64,000 nt of DNA, taken from the IMG/VR virus record IMGVR_UViG_3300003310_000099, positions 106,295 through 170,294 of that record. The stretch is one strand, 5' to 3'. The translations under genes and the position numbers were made by a program. This document shows positions 28,374-38,088 of this stretch, in pieces. The stretch comes from a virus. Its lineage: Duplodnaviria > Heunggongvirae > Uroviricota > Caudoviricetes. Numbering within the stretch: the first letter of the stretch is position 1; every line of letters begins with the position of its first letter. The notes beneath the pieces are model-generated. The model was given only the letters and a program-made list of their open reading frames with translations, was not told the origin of the DNA and did no database searches.

Positions 28374-29357
28374 CTAACCAACTTCTGAGCCAATTTGCAT
28401 TGCATTTACCAAAGTTTCAGTCCAAGCATTGTCTGTCACTGGTTCACGCTCAAACACGCTTTGATAATTTAAGTAAGCACTTGTTACACTTATGCTTGTG
28501 GCTGCTCCTAAATTAACACCACTTTTAATTAATGCAACCCAATACGCAGGGTCAGTGTTGTCGTATCTGGCTACTGCATTAATCATGATACCTGGAATGA
28601 CAAGTGTATCACCTACAGTGATTGTTGGGACTGTGTATAAATCTTGCACACCAGTTGTTCCACTATAAACATAACTTGTATCCCCATCGAATGGTTGTTC
28701 ACTTACTGCTTCCCAATTTGTTGCTGCGCCAACCAAACTGAAGTCAGTTACATCCCCTGGACCATTAGGGAATAGTGTTAGTATTTCGCCATCTTCAATA
28801 AAACTGGTGTTATAAGTGCCTAGATTGTCACAGATATAAAAATCGTCATAACCAATTATGTCAGCACCGCCACCCAATAAGGTTACGCCTTTACCTAGAC
28901 CAGAACCTGTTAATGTAAATCCTACTGGTGATGAGAATATTTCATCCCCATTGAGTCTGATTAGAATGTTGCCAGCGGCGGTTGATGAAAAATCTTGTAC
29001 AGAAACTTCAAAATAGACCCATGTGTTTAATGGAACTGGTTGGCTTGAGTATGTAGTAGTGGCAGAATCTATATAAACAAGGTTGTTAATAGTATTGATT
29101 CCTATGTCCATGATAGGATTGTCCAGGCTATCAAACCAAGACATAATGGGTCCAGTGGTGGTTAGAAATAAAGAAAACCCAACGGTCATACCACTTGCTG
29201 GAGTGATTGATTTTGTGAGCGTTTCAGTTAAAAGGGATGCTGAGAAGCCGCTGAATCTACCTGGATCGAGTGTTACGACATTGGCATTATCCCATTTATA
29301 CGAAGATTGGAAACTCACAGGACCATATGAATCGAATCCTTCTAGGAATTTAATCAT
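28374..29357 (-). CDS. Putative virion structural protein, paralog family B
   Basis: MIKFLEGFDSY; YDDFYICD, P..GDTSYV, P.T..AWT. Confidence 0.6.
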   Translation of the reverse strand: MIKFLEGFDSYGPVSFQSSYKWDNANVVTLDPGRFSGFSASLLTETLTKSITPASGMTVGFSLFLTTTGPIMSWFDSLDNPIMDIGINTINNLVYIDSATTTYSSQPVPLNTWVYFEVSVQDFSSTAAGNILIRLNGDEIFSSPVGFTLTGSGLGKGVTLLGGGADIIGYDDFYICDNLGTYNTSFIEDGEILTLFPNGPGDVTDFSLVGAATNWEAVSEQPFDGDTSYVYSGTTGVQDLYTVPTITVGDTLVIPGIMINAVARYDNTDPAYWVALIKSGVNLGAATSISVTSAYLNYQSVFEREPVTDNAWTETLVNAMQIGSEVG

Positions 29358-29371
29358 GCAGTATTTAGGAT

Positions 29372-29860
29372 TTAGAAAGCAAATCTAAATCCAAAACTAT
29401 AACGATCTGTGTCAGACCAGACACAATGCCAATATAACTTGTCTTTTCTTACTTCAAATAACCGACAATTCCACCCTGCTTGTTCCCATTCGGTGTAGAT
29501 TTTGCCATCAATAGCATATCGAAAGAAGCTTTTATTGCTTTCCTTGCAATATGTTGCGTAAATTCTATAGCCTTCGTGACTGGAGTTGGTATGCCAGTTC
29601 ATAAAGCCGCCTGGTGGGTAGTAGAATTTGCCAGTTTGGACAATGAATTCTTTGTTAGGCATGAGAGATTGGAACAATTTTGTATCGAGTGGCAGGAATA
29701 GTGAATAATAAAGACCTTCAGAACTGAAGTTAATATCTTCAGAAGGAAGGTCTTTCATTTCTAGTTTTGGGGAGCCAAATTCAATTTTAAGTGATGGTTG
29801 CGTATGAATCGCTTGCTCAAGGTAGATGGCAAGTTCAGGATTCATGTCAATTTTCATCAT
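29372..29860 (-). CDS. Cupin / 2OG-Fe(II) oxygenase-like protein
   Basis: YYPPGGFMNWHTN ... WHCV ... R.SFGF double-stranded beta-helix pattern. Confidence 0.55.
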   Translation of the reverse strand: MMKIDMNPELAIYLEQAIHTQPSLKIEFGSPKLEMKDLPSEDINFSSEGLYYSLFLPLDTKLFQSLMPNKEFIVQTGKFYYPPGGFMNWHTNSSHEGYRIYATYCKESNKSFFRYAIDGKIYTEWEQAGWNCRLFEVRKDKLYWHCVWSDTDRYSFGFRFAF

Positions 29861-32262
29861 AAAGTAAACACCATTAGTGTATTTTCATTTGGGAACGTTT
29901 GTCCTTCTGCTCGCTGCCCTAAAACATACCCAAGATTTAATGGATTAATGTGTATTTCCTGATAGGTTGAGCAACTGCGGAATGTGCCACCGTAAGTAGG
30001 GTGATATACACAGTCTAATGTTTGCAATACATTCAAACTATTATGATCCACTTGTATAATCTTATCGGCATCATTGACCAATGAATCAGTAAGTCGCAAG
30101 TAAACCTTATTTAACCAGTAGGCCAATCCTCTAGTTCCAGGGCGATGTTCATTAGAATATGCGTCATAAGCCTGTCTGCTCAATTCCGTAAATGTAGTGG
30201 CATCCCATCTAACAATCTCAATATCAGTTGGGAATGGACCAGTGGTATCATATTCAGTAGTAAGGATTACATTAGATTCTTGGTCATAAACAATTGCTTC
30301 AAATCTCTTTCCTGCGCCTACGGCTTCCTGATCTACCAGTAATAATGTAGATTCATCTACTCGATAAAGATTGTCATTGTCAATAAAATAGATATAACCA
30401 GCAGGAGCGGCCAAAGCCATTTGTTTAGCCGTTAAGGTATTAACGCCAGTGTCGATGTTTCTTGTTAGAGACATTGTACCTGTAAAAGCATTGATTTCTG
30501 CAATGTACATTTCATTGAGCAAATCATTTAAGACGTAAATTATGCCGCCATTACCTGTTGCGGGCTTTCTTGCAGAGTCTATACCTATGTTTCCATAGTT
30601 TAAGGAATCATGAGCGGTGGACCCGTCAAAATCATATCTTTGAGTGTAACCTCTATTAGTAGTATAACTATAAGGAATGGCTAATTGACTTAAAATATCA
30701 ACACCACGCATTGGCGGATTGCCGCCCGCAGAGTATTCAGCGTCAAAATTAAGAGCAATGTCAAAGTGTTGTTGTGACAATCCATCGCCTTCATTAACCC
30801 ATGTTGCAAAGACTTGAGCTTCAATTGGATAATAACAAGTTCTGGTAAGGTAATGACCACCAGCAGTGAAGGTTGAGAAGGTTTGTTGATCGACCAGAGC
30901 TAACTTCAACACCTGCATAGCACCAGGAATAATCGTCCAGCTAGTGCTTGGTGAAGTGCCAGGTCCACCTGTGCTACTAGTACAACAACTTCCTAATACT
31001 GAAACAACATAATAGTAATAAGTTGTGCCGTTCACCACTGTAGTATCAACATAACTTCTCGCATTTTCTGTTTCAATAAACTCATCGCCTTGTATACAGG
31101 TAGCAATTGGAACGCCTACACCACCAACTGTTGTGCTTCTATAAATTGTGTAGCAATCTGGAGTTGGACCAATGGTTGGTGGGTTCCAAGCGATGGTAAT
31201 TTGACCGAATCCTTTGATGACTTGAACATCTTGTGGTGGTTCTGGGCAACCGCCAATAGATACACCTGCCTGCATACTGTTTACACCCACTTCAGTCCAA
31301 GGCGCATTAGTAACTGGATTTAAGTCTAAGTGTCTTTGTATACTTTGATAACCAGATGAAACGAAGTAAGGACAACTATCTGAGTCAGTGGCACCTATCC
31401 TTATAGGCAAGCCAACCTGCCCGTAGCCAGATTTGTCTTTTTTAACAACTGCATTCACTACAACCCCACCTATTTGATTGCCTGGGGTGATTACTAAACC
31501 GCCACCAACATACAAATCTTTTTCACCAATAATTCTGGATTCTACATAGGTGGCACCTGGAGTTAGGACTGGATTATTGACGGCCTGATAATTCATGCCA
31601 GCACCAACTGGAGTTAATTGAATTACAGCACCATTGGCGGTAGGCATTACAGTTCTTATTTTAATAGCCCCCATAAAATTGTTATTTGCTGGACCCGTAG
31701 TATCAGCAATATAAACATCATCATATTGCTGATCGCCATCTCCATTAAATACACATGTACAAATAGTGTTCAGAGTCGCATTATTAAAATCACGTCCAAG
31801 GGGACTTGTGTATAAAACGTGAATCAATGCTCCAACCGTAGCACGAACACGAACAGCGCCAACAGGGGCATTATCAATAGCTTGACTTACTTTAACTTCT
31901 ATGTAGCTCCACTGATTTAATGGGAGATTGAAAGTAGTCAAATCAACAACAGCATTGAAATCTTCGATATAAATGGTTGTAAAGCCAGTTAAGCCGACAT
32001 TAATCACAGCTTGATCTTCTTTATTATAGATTCTGATAATTTTATAGTTTGCAGCACCTGTGTTGGTAGGTTTTATAGCAAAGCCTACGATCATGGTTGT
32101 GGAGTCTGCGACGGTTTTTGATATGAAATCTCCGCTATTGACTTGGATGCCGTAGCCAGTTCTGCCTGTGACACGGGGAGCGGTGGTCAGTCGATTCCAT
32201 TTGTACCAAAGTGGAATTGGATTTGGGTATGAATCAAACCCTTCTGTGAATAATAATGCCAT
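29857..32262 (-). CDS. Family B structural protein extended with a fibronectin type III domain and a beta-rich C-terminus
   Basis: MALLFTEGFDSY; FN3 signature PPQDV..I.W.PP...YTIYRS...YVDTTV.NGTTYYY.V. Confidence 0.6.
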   Translation of the reverse strand: MALLFTEGFDSYPNPIPLWYKWNRLTTAPRVTGRTGYGIQVNSGDFISKTVADSTTMIVGFAIKPTNTGAANYKIIRIYNKEDQAVINVGLTGFTTIYIEDFNAVVDLTTFNLPLNQWSYIEVKVSQAIDNAPVGAVRVRATVGALIHVLYTSPLGRDFNNATLNTICTCVFNGDGDQQYDDVYIADTTGPANNNFMGAIKIRTVMPTANGAVIQLTPVGAGMNYQAVNNPVLTPGATYVESRIIGEKDLYVGGGLVITPGNQIGGVVVNAVVKKDKSGYGQVGLPIRIGATDSDSCPYFVSSGYQSIQRHLDLNPVTNAPWTEVGVNSMQAGVSIGGCPEPPQDVQVIKGFGQITIAWNPPTIGPTPDCYTIYRSTTVGGVGVPIATCIQGDEFIETENARSYVDTTVVNGTTYYYYVVSVLGSCCTSSTGGPGTSPSTSWTIIPGAMQVLKLALVDQQTFSTFTAGGHYLTRTCYYPIEAQVFATWVNEGDGLSQQHFDIALNFDAEYSAGGNPPMRGVDILSQLAIPYSYTTNRGYTQRYDFDGSTAHDSLNYGNIGIDSARKPATGNGGIIYVLNDLLNEMYIAEINAFTGTMSLTRNIDTGVNTLTAKQMALAAPAGYIYFIDNDNLYRVDESTLLLVDQEAVGAGKRFEAIVYDQESNVILTTEYDTTGPFPTDIEIVRWDATTFTELSRQAYDAYSNEHRPGTRGLAYWLNKVYLRLTDSLVNDADKIIQVDHNSLNVLQTLDCVYHPTYGGTFRSCSTYQEIHINPLNLGYVLGQRAEGQTFPNENTLMVFTL

Positions 32263-32274
32263 GCTTTATGTAGC

Positions 32275-32302
32275 TTTACATTTGTCAAATTTGTGGTATA
32301 CT
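32275..32302 (+). promoter_or_regulatory. Putative promoter (16-bp spacer class)
   Basis: TTTACA-tttgtcaaatttgtgg-TATACT at the strand-switch point. Confidence 0.65.
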
Positions 32303-32358
32303 ACCCAGATGGACTAGTTTCAGAGGTGGAAATTTTTGAAAAAATACATAAATAGGTT

Positions 32359-32814
32359 ATGTCATGGAAAGATTTTTTAGCATGGTTACTCTCGCTTTTA
32401 GTAAAGCCTACCCCTCAACCTGCGCCTATACCGACGCCAACGCCTGCGCCTAATAGTTTCATAGAAAAACTTCTAATTTTACACAATAATCATAGAAAAA
32501 GCGTAGGTGTTGGCCCCTTGACTTTGAATACTAAATTAACAAACGCCGCACAGAAACACACGGATTGGATGTATAAGAACAACAATTTAAACCATAATCA
32601 AAACGGCAAAAATCCAGGTCAACGAATTACTGAGGAAGGCTATAGATGGTCAACATATGGTGAAAATATTGCATCTGGTTATTCTACACCAGAGGCGGTA
32701 TTTTCAGGATGGTTGAAATCTGCTGGGCATAGGCGTAACATAGAATCTGCTGCTTACAAGGATGTGGGATTCGGTTATGCTGGAAAATACTGGACGGTAG
32801 ACTTCGCAAAATAA
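32359..32814 (+). CDS. CAP/SCP domain protein
   Basis: HN..R, AAQ.H...M, GENIA, W..S.GH..NI, VGFG; Pro/Thr linker at the N-terminus. Confidence 0.9.
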   Translation: MSWKDFLAWLLSLLVKPTPQPAPIPTPTPAPNSFIEKLLILHNNHRKSVGVGPLTLNTKLTNAAQKHTDWMYKNNNLNHNQNGKNPGQRITEEGYRWSTYGENIASGYSTPEAVFSGWLKSAGHRRNIESAAYKDVGFGYAGKYWTVDFAK

Positions 32815-32821
32815 GGAGATT

Positions 32822-33007
32822 ATGGATAATCCTATTCGAGAACTTAACAACGAAGTGGTTGAACTTTACGGCAAACTAGCTAAGTTAGAGTATGAGCTAG
32901 AAACACTAGACGTTAAAAACGAGGCGATGAAAGATGCAAACGCACCAACAGTTAGTCCAGAAGATAAAAGAAAAAGCCCTAACAAAGGGGGAATTCAGGT
33001 TAGCTAG
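32822..33007 (+). CDS. Small hypothetical coiled-coil protein
   Basis: 61 aa, SD AAGGAG upstream; overlaps the pyrE start, so its 3' end is uncertain. Confidence 0.4.
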   Translation: MDNPIRELNNEVVELYGKLAKLEYELETLDVKNEAMKDANAPTVSPEDKRKSPNKGGIQVS

Positions 33008-33455
33008 TGGCATAATGAGCGATTATTATGTCGATATGAGTAAAGTAGCTTTTAGTTGTGACGGTCTTTGGCTTATTGTCCAATCCATCAATGAATCAGT
33101 AGATTGGACGCACGTTCACAAGATAGGTGGTCCAGCCATTGGCGCACTACCCATAGTTGTTGCCTTGATGGACACGAATGATATGCATGGGTTCTTGATC
33201 CGCAAAGCAGAAAAGGATTACGGTAAAAAGGACTTAATCGAAGGTTGTTTGGAAAAGGGTGATAATGTCATATTAGTCGAGGATGTAACCACATCAGGCG
33301 GTTCACTCCTCAAGGCTGTTAAAGCCGTTCAAGAATTTGGTTGCACAATCAAACAAGTTATATCAGTCTTGGATAGAAATCAGGGAGCGACTGAATTGTT
33401 TGAAAAAGAAGGTATTCCATTTAAGTATTTGGTATCAATTGAAGAAGTTTTATAG
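32934..33455 (+). CDS. pyrE: Orotate phosphoribosyltransferase
   Basis: G.FRLASG..SDYYVD, RK.EKDYG, VILVEDVTTSGGS PRPP-binding motif. Confidence 0.9.
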   Translation: MQTHQQLVQKIKEKALTKGEFRLASGIMSDYYVDMSKVAFSCDGLWLIVQSINESVDWTHVHKIGGPAIGALPIVVALMDTNDMHGFLIRKAEKDYGKKDLIEGCLEKGDNVILVEDVTTSGGSLLKAVKAVQEFGCTIKQVISVLDRNQGATELFEKEGIPFKYLVSIEEVL

Positions 33456-33511
33456 TGCTGTATGCAACGTATTTTATTATATAAAAACGTGTAGCATACT
33501 ATTATAATAGT

Positions 33512-34231
33512 ATGACTAAGAAAATTGAATATCAGAAGCGAGTGGCGCTGGGGTTATGCCTTCAATGCGGTAAGTTTGAGCGAGCAGAAAACAAAAAAAA
33601 CTGCCTAGCTTGTAATAAAAAATTAGCAGAGAGATATAAGAAAAATAGAGAAAAGGGAATATGTGTTAATTGTGGATTGGCTGCATTGCCTAATAAAACA
33701 AGATGCCAAAGTTGTGGCGATAAACAAAAAGAGTTAACGCAGACGAGAAGGAGTGCTTGGGAGAAAAAGAAATTATGTAAGAAATGTGGACGTAATGCTG
33801 TAATCAAAAAATCTCACTGCGATATTTGTCTTAATAACTTTAAAAAATTGAGAAAAGAAAGAAAATCTTTAGGGTTATGTCAAGCTTGTGGTGCTGCTGC
33901 CGATGGTAAGTCTAGGTGTGCTAGATGCTTAGAAATAAACAAAAAATCAATGTATCGTTTAAAGCTAGAAGTTTTTACCGCATATGGTGGTGCATTCTGC
34001 AAATGTTGTGGAGATTCACATATTGAATTTTTGGCATTAGATCACATGGGAAATGATGGTGCGGAACATCGACGCCAAGTGACTAATTCAGGTGTTTATC
34101 GTTCATTAAGGCAAAAAGGCTTTCCAAAAGGATACCAAGTTCTCTGTCACAATTGTAATTGGGCCAAATACGCATACGGTGAATGTCCTCATCAGAAGGA
34201 GAGAAAAAATGTTGTTGCAAGACCTTGTTGA
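33512..34231 (+). CDS. Cys-rich repeat protein with a C-terminal HNH-type endonuclease domain
   Basis: About six GLC..CG...C..C units, then CKCCG...LDH.GNDG..HR...QVLCHNCN.AK. Confidence 0.7.
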   Translation: MTKKIEYQKRVALGLCLQCGKFERAENKKNCLACNKKLAERYKKNREKGICVNCGLAALPNKTRCQSCGDKQKELTQTRRSAWEKKKLCKKCGRNAVIKKSHCDICLNNFKKLRKERKSLGLCQACGAAADGKSRCARCLEINKKSMYRLKLEVFTAYGGAFCKCCGDSHIEFLALDHMGNDGAEHRRQVTNSGVYRSLRQKGFPKGYQVLCHNCNWAKYAYGECPHQKERKNVVARPC

Positions 34232-35129
34232 AAAAAATTTGATTAAACCTCCAGACTGGTTGCCCAGCAACTGTCATTATTTAACAATTATGGGCAGTAC
34301 GGCTTATGGTGTGTCATCAGACACTAGTGATATGGATATATATGGGTTTGCTATCCCACGCAAAGAAACTGTTTTCCCTCATTTGAGTGGCGTGATCTTT
34401 GTGCCCATTAAGCAAGGTTTTCAGATTGGTTTTGGCGATGAACCTGAAATCTTCCCACAATGGATTGAGCATGGTGTGGTCGATGAAAGTGCGTTAGGTG
34501 GCAAAGGTCGTGAATATGATTTCACAATCTTTAACATCGTGAGATACTTCGATTTATTGATGGATAATAACCCCAACATTATCGACAGTCTTTTCACACC
34601 GCTAGAATGCGTGCTACATTCGACCTATGTTGGTAATCTTATAAGAGAAAATAGGGAAGTTTTCTTGCACAGAGGGTGCTACCAGAACTTTAAGCAATAT
34701 GCTTACAGTCAGTTGCACAAGATGACCAGCAAAAAGCCAACTGGCAAGCGTAAGAAGATTCGGGAGAAGTTTGGGTTCGACGTTAAGTTCGGATACCATC
34801 TTGTTCGGCTTCTCAACGAAGTGGAACAACTTTTGGTCACTGGTACAATGGATTTGCGGCATAATAACGAACAGCTAAAGGCCATTCGCCGTGGTGAAAT
34901 GCCAGAAGCCGAAGTGCGTAAGTGGGCGTCTGACAAGGAACGTCAATTAGAAGCTCTTTATAGCAAGTGCGAACTTCCAGCAAAGCCTCGCAAAGAAGAA
35001 ATCAAGAAGTTGCTGCTGGAGTGCCTCGATTATCATTATGGAAGCCTTGAGAAATGTATTGAGCTTCCTGATAAATATAAGACAGCTTTACAAGAGGTAA
35101 AGTCAATTATTGATAAAGCGGGGGTATGA
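34209..35129 (+). CDS. DNA polymerase beta-superfamily nucleotidyltransferase (RlaP / PF10127-like)
   Basis: GSTAYG....SDMDIYG, NPNII, D.KF.YH.VRLL; start moved to 34209. Confidence 0.75.
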   Translation: MLLQDLVEKNLIKPPDWLPSNCHYLTIMGSTAYGVSSDTSDMDIYGFAIPRKETVFPHLSGVIFVPIKQGFQIGFGDEPEIFPQWIEHGVVDESALGGKGREYDFTIFNIVRYFDLLMDNNPNIIDSLFTPLECVLHSTYVGNLIRENREVFLHRGCYQNFKQYAYSQLHKMTSKKPTGKRKKIREKFGFDVKFGYHLVRLLNEVEQLLVTGTMDLRHNNEQLKAIRRGEMPEAEVRKWASDKERQLEALYSKCELPAKPRKEEIKKLLLECLDYHYGSLEKCIELPDKYKTALQEVKSIIDKAGV

Positions 35130-35383
35130 AAAACTTTTGGTTAGATCGAAGACCTAAAATTGTCCAAATGATGGACATATACAACCCAGACGTATATCAG
35201 AAATGGTATATATGCAAACCTAATCCAGACGCCAATCCTTATATAGGATACAGCAGTCAATCGTTATTCCTGCATAAGGATGGCGTCTGGAGAACTACTA
35301 CATGGAACAGTGAGACAAGTCAATATACTGGCTATTTCGATACATGGGAGGAAGCATACGATTGTCTAATGAAAAAAAACTAA
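35126..35383 (+). CDS. Hypothetical protein
   Basis: 85 aa, 4-nt overlap with the upstream gene. Confidence 0.6.
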   Translation: MKNFWLDRRPKIVQMMDIYNPDVYQKWYICKPNPDANPYIGYSSQSLFLHKDGVWRTTTWNSETSQYTGYFDTWEEAYDCLMKKN

Positions 35384-35418
35384 ATAATTATTGGCTCGAT
35401 AAGAAGAAAGAAAAAGAA

Positions 35419-35447
35419 AAATCCTCATCTAAAGAAGATGAGGATTT
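35419..35447 (-). terminator. Intrinsic terminator hairpin
   Basis: AAATCCTCATCT...AGATGAGGATTT, followed on the minus strand by a T-rich tract, downstream of 35487-36458. Confidence 0.65.
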
Positions 35448-35486
35448 GAAAAGACTACAGTTTAGAGTAATGCCTAAAGCTTTCTT

Positions 35487-36458
35487 TTATCCCAAAATAT
35501 AATCCACAAATTGAATTTCAAGTGGTGGGATTATTTCTTTCCTAGCAATTTCAAAGGAAGCAGTGTAGTGGGATTTAATTCTTTGTGATACTGCTGGTGT
35601 GTTATTGAAAAATGGGTCGATCTTATCTTTTACGATATGAGGACCATTTGTAATTCTAAATCCAGCAGCTTTGAACAGTTCTTCGTATTCTTGTGTAGGG
35701 TGTTTAATTGTTCTCACTTCATCTTGCGTGAATCCCATATGTTCTATTTCTTTTTTAGTAAACACTATATGAGCAAACGCCTTGTTTAATTTATGGTATA
35801 AATGGGTTCCGTGACGAGAACACCAGGGGTGGTTTCTCACATATACTTTTGCATTAGGTGCCAATAGTTCTTTAACGTTTTTTAATTGATTAATTAAGTC
35901 TTCTTTAGGCATTATCATATGATCTATAACATCGTACATTAATAAGACATTATAGGGGCCAGAGTTTTTAACTATATTCCAATCTGTTGTGTATATGACA
36001 TTATTTGTCTTTTCCCAACTGTTCCATTTTTCACTGTGTTTAACATCGTAACCTACTGATAATTTGGGTTTTTGTTGACGTGATCTATTAACTACATGGC
36101 CTTCGCCACAGCCAAAGTCTAAGAATTTAAGTCCTTCCAGGTGAATGTCGATAATTAGGTCTAGGATGCCTTCTGCACGGTCTTCTTTATCTTGGTCGGA
36201 ATTTACGTCGCAGATGAGTGAAGGGTCAACAGCTGGGGGCCAGTTGGCCGAATTAAGTAACTTGACTAATTCAGCAAAGACTGGATCATTGGTGTTGAGA
36301 GCAGGGGAAAAGTCTATATTTAATACATCTGCCATTTCTTCTATTTGTTTAGGCCCAACATGACCGCCTTGTTTTAATTGAGCCATTAAATCTTTAATTC
36401 TCGCATCCTGTAATTCTATGGTTTTTTCAAGCTGAGCCAATTTTTCATTGATTTCCAT
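35487..36458 (-). CDS. Class I SAM-dependent methyltransferase with an N-terminal coiled coil
   Basis: KFLDFGCGEG, YDVIDH, HPWCSRHG. Confidence 0.75.
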   Translation of the reverse strand: MEINEKLAQLEKTIELQDARIKDLMAQLKQGGHVGPKQIEEMADVLNIDFSPALNTNDPVFAELVKLLNSANWPPAVDPSLICDVNSDQDKEDRAEGILDLIIDIHLEGLKFLDFGCGEGHVVNRSRQQKPKLSVGYDVKHSEKWNSWEKTNNVIYTTDWNIVKNSGPYNVLLMYDVIDHMIMPKEDLINQLKNVKELLAPNAKVYVRNHPWCSRHGTHLYHKLNKAFAHIVFTKKEIEHMGFTQDEVRTIKHPTQEYEELFKAAGFRITNGPHIVKDKIDPFFNNTPAVSQRIKSHYTASFEIARKEIIPPLEIQFVDYILG

Positions 36459-36469
36459 TTTACCTCTAC

Positions 36470-37288
36470 TTGTATTATTATATGAAAATAACTGCTATTC
36501 TCAATGCATATGACGTACCTGTTACACTCGACACATTGGATTCCATACGTTGTCATATGACCGATCAAGTTTTGGTTTTAGTAGATGGTGTTGCTTGGCA
36601 TTCCTTTAAAAATGTGGAGCTTCCTGCTCATAAGCTTAAGGGTCTTAACCACGGGTGGTTTAAAGCACCGTATCGTAATATAATGTTAAGCCTTCTAACA
36701 GCATATCGTAATTTCCCCACAACCGATTGGTATTGTTATTTAGAACATGACTGTTTAATTACATCCTCAAATTTCAAAAAAGATTTGATTGAGGCTGAAA
36801 AAAACAATGTTTGGTGCTTAGGCTGTGATTTTAGAAGGAAACAAGAATTAAAAGTTGATTTATCTTATTTGGAAAAAATCATAAAAGAGAAGCCTGAAGA
36901 ATATGTATACTTGTTAGGCTCTTGTATTTTCTATCATAGAAATTTTATTAAATTAGCAGTTGAAAATGAATTTTTTGAAAAATTCTTATTCTACACGAAT
37001 GAGTTTAAGAACGGATTTTTCCCGTTTTACACAGCTTGGGACTTGACAGAGCATGTTTTACCTAGTATGGTAAGGCATTATGGTGGGGAAATATTGCAAC
37101 TTTCGGTCTACAATGAAGATTTCAAAAAATGGGCTGGAAACTATAGACGATATCCGATAAGATACCGACCCGACATTGAGTACGAACCAGAGTTTTTTCT
37201 ACAAGCGTCAATCATTCATCCAGTCAAGAGTTACACGGACCCCATAAGGAATTTTTACAGGGCAAAAAGACAAAAAGAGGAAGTCTAA
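36470..37288 (+). CDS. Putative glycosyltransferase-like protein
   Basis: LVLVD, WYCYLEHDCLI DxD-like region. Confidence 0.45.
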   Translation: MYYYMKITAILNAYDVPVTLDTLDSIRCHMTDQVLVLVDGVAWHSFKNVELPAHKLKGLNHGWFKAPYRNIMLSLLTAYRNFPTTDWYCYLEHDCLITSSNFKKDLIEAEKNNVWCLGCDFRRKQELKVDLSYLEKIIKEKPEEYVYLLGSCIFYHRNFIKLAVENEFFEKFLFYTNEFKNGFFPFYTAWDLTEHVLPSMVRHYGGEILQLSVYNEDFKKWAGNYRRYPIRYRPDIEYEPEFFLQASIIHPVKSYTDPIRNFYRAKRQKEEV

Positions 37289-37596
37289 TGGAATTTTTAA
37301 ATCAAGTAGCTAAGGTTGGCAAAGAGATATTTAATGATATTGCCAATAAACATGAGAATGGTGAATTTCTGCCTGAAGTCACGGCAGTAGACCCGAATTT
37401 GCATAGAGAAAAGCAAGAAGTGCTAGTTTCATATTGCGATACACTGGTTGAATTAGGCCATGTAATGCATGAAGAGTGTAAAATAAAAGCTGCGGATAAA
37501 TTCGACACACTAATCGCTAAATTAAAAAAGACCCGTTCTAGGGAACGCTCTCTATTTTGGAAAGCTTTTAATCTTGATATCGGTGGGGATCATTAA
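37288..37596 (+). CDS. Hypothetical protein
   Basis: 102 aa, TAATG overlap with the upstream gene. Confidence 0.6.
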   Translation: MEFLNQVAKVGKEIFNDIANKHENGEFLPEVTAVDPNLHREKQEVLVSYCDTLVELGHVMHEECKIKAADKFDTLIAKLKKTRSRERSLFWKAFNLDIGGDH

Positions 37597-37618
37597 CGCA
37601 CTTACAGCATTCATAACA

Positions 37619-37730
37619 ATTTTTGCAAATGCTGCATTGGTCTTCTGGGTTGCCATAGGTTCTTAGTAGCCATCATCATCAGTTAACATGATGGAGTATA
37701 TGAAACTGGAAATGCAGCATTTGCAAAAAT
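37619..37730. repeat. Perfect 20-bp inverted repeat with a 72-bp spacer
   Basis: ATTTTTGCAAATGCTGCATT (37619-37638) / AATGCAGCATTTGCAAAAAT (37711-37730); inner CCATCAT/ATGATGG hairpin. Confidence 0.85.
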
Positions 37731-37809
37731 CGAAATTTCTGGTCAATTTGCCCATTTCAATATTTATCGAAATAAATTTGACTTTTCACAGAAATCCAAT
37801 ATTATTTCA

Positions 37810-38067
37810 TTGCCTACACCTAACAAGGATTCATCCGTGAAAAGCAAGAAAACCGTGCTTCTTTGTAAAGTGGTGCAGGACGAGTTAAATAATAACGGAT
37901 ACTTGAAGCCAAATCAAGTGGTAGTTGGCCTGGATAGCTCACTGTATTTAACTGGTAAAGTGCGGACTTATTTTCATAGACAGATGGCTATAGCTGTAGC
38001 AAAGAAAATAGGAATTGAGATACGGGATGAAATTCTAGTCCAGAAATCTCCAGCTTTACAAAGCTGA
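37810..38067 (+). CDS. Hypothetical protein (start uncertain)
   Basis: 85 aa ORF following TTGACT-N16-TATTAT (37778-37805). Confidence 0.45.
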   Translation: MPTPNKDSSVKSKKTVLLCKVVQDELNNNGYLKPNQVVVGLDSSLYLTGKVRTYFHRQMAIAVAKKIGIEIRDEILVQKSPALQS

Positions 38068-38082
38068 GTTTTGTGCTATACT
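38055..38082 (+). promoter_or_regulatory. Putative promoter (16-bp spacer class)
   Basis: TTTACA-aagctgagttttgtgc-TATACT; the ATG at 38089 coincides with the predicted +1 (leaderless). Confidence 0.65.
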
Positions 38083-38088
38083 ATTCGC

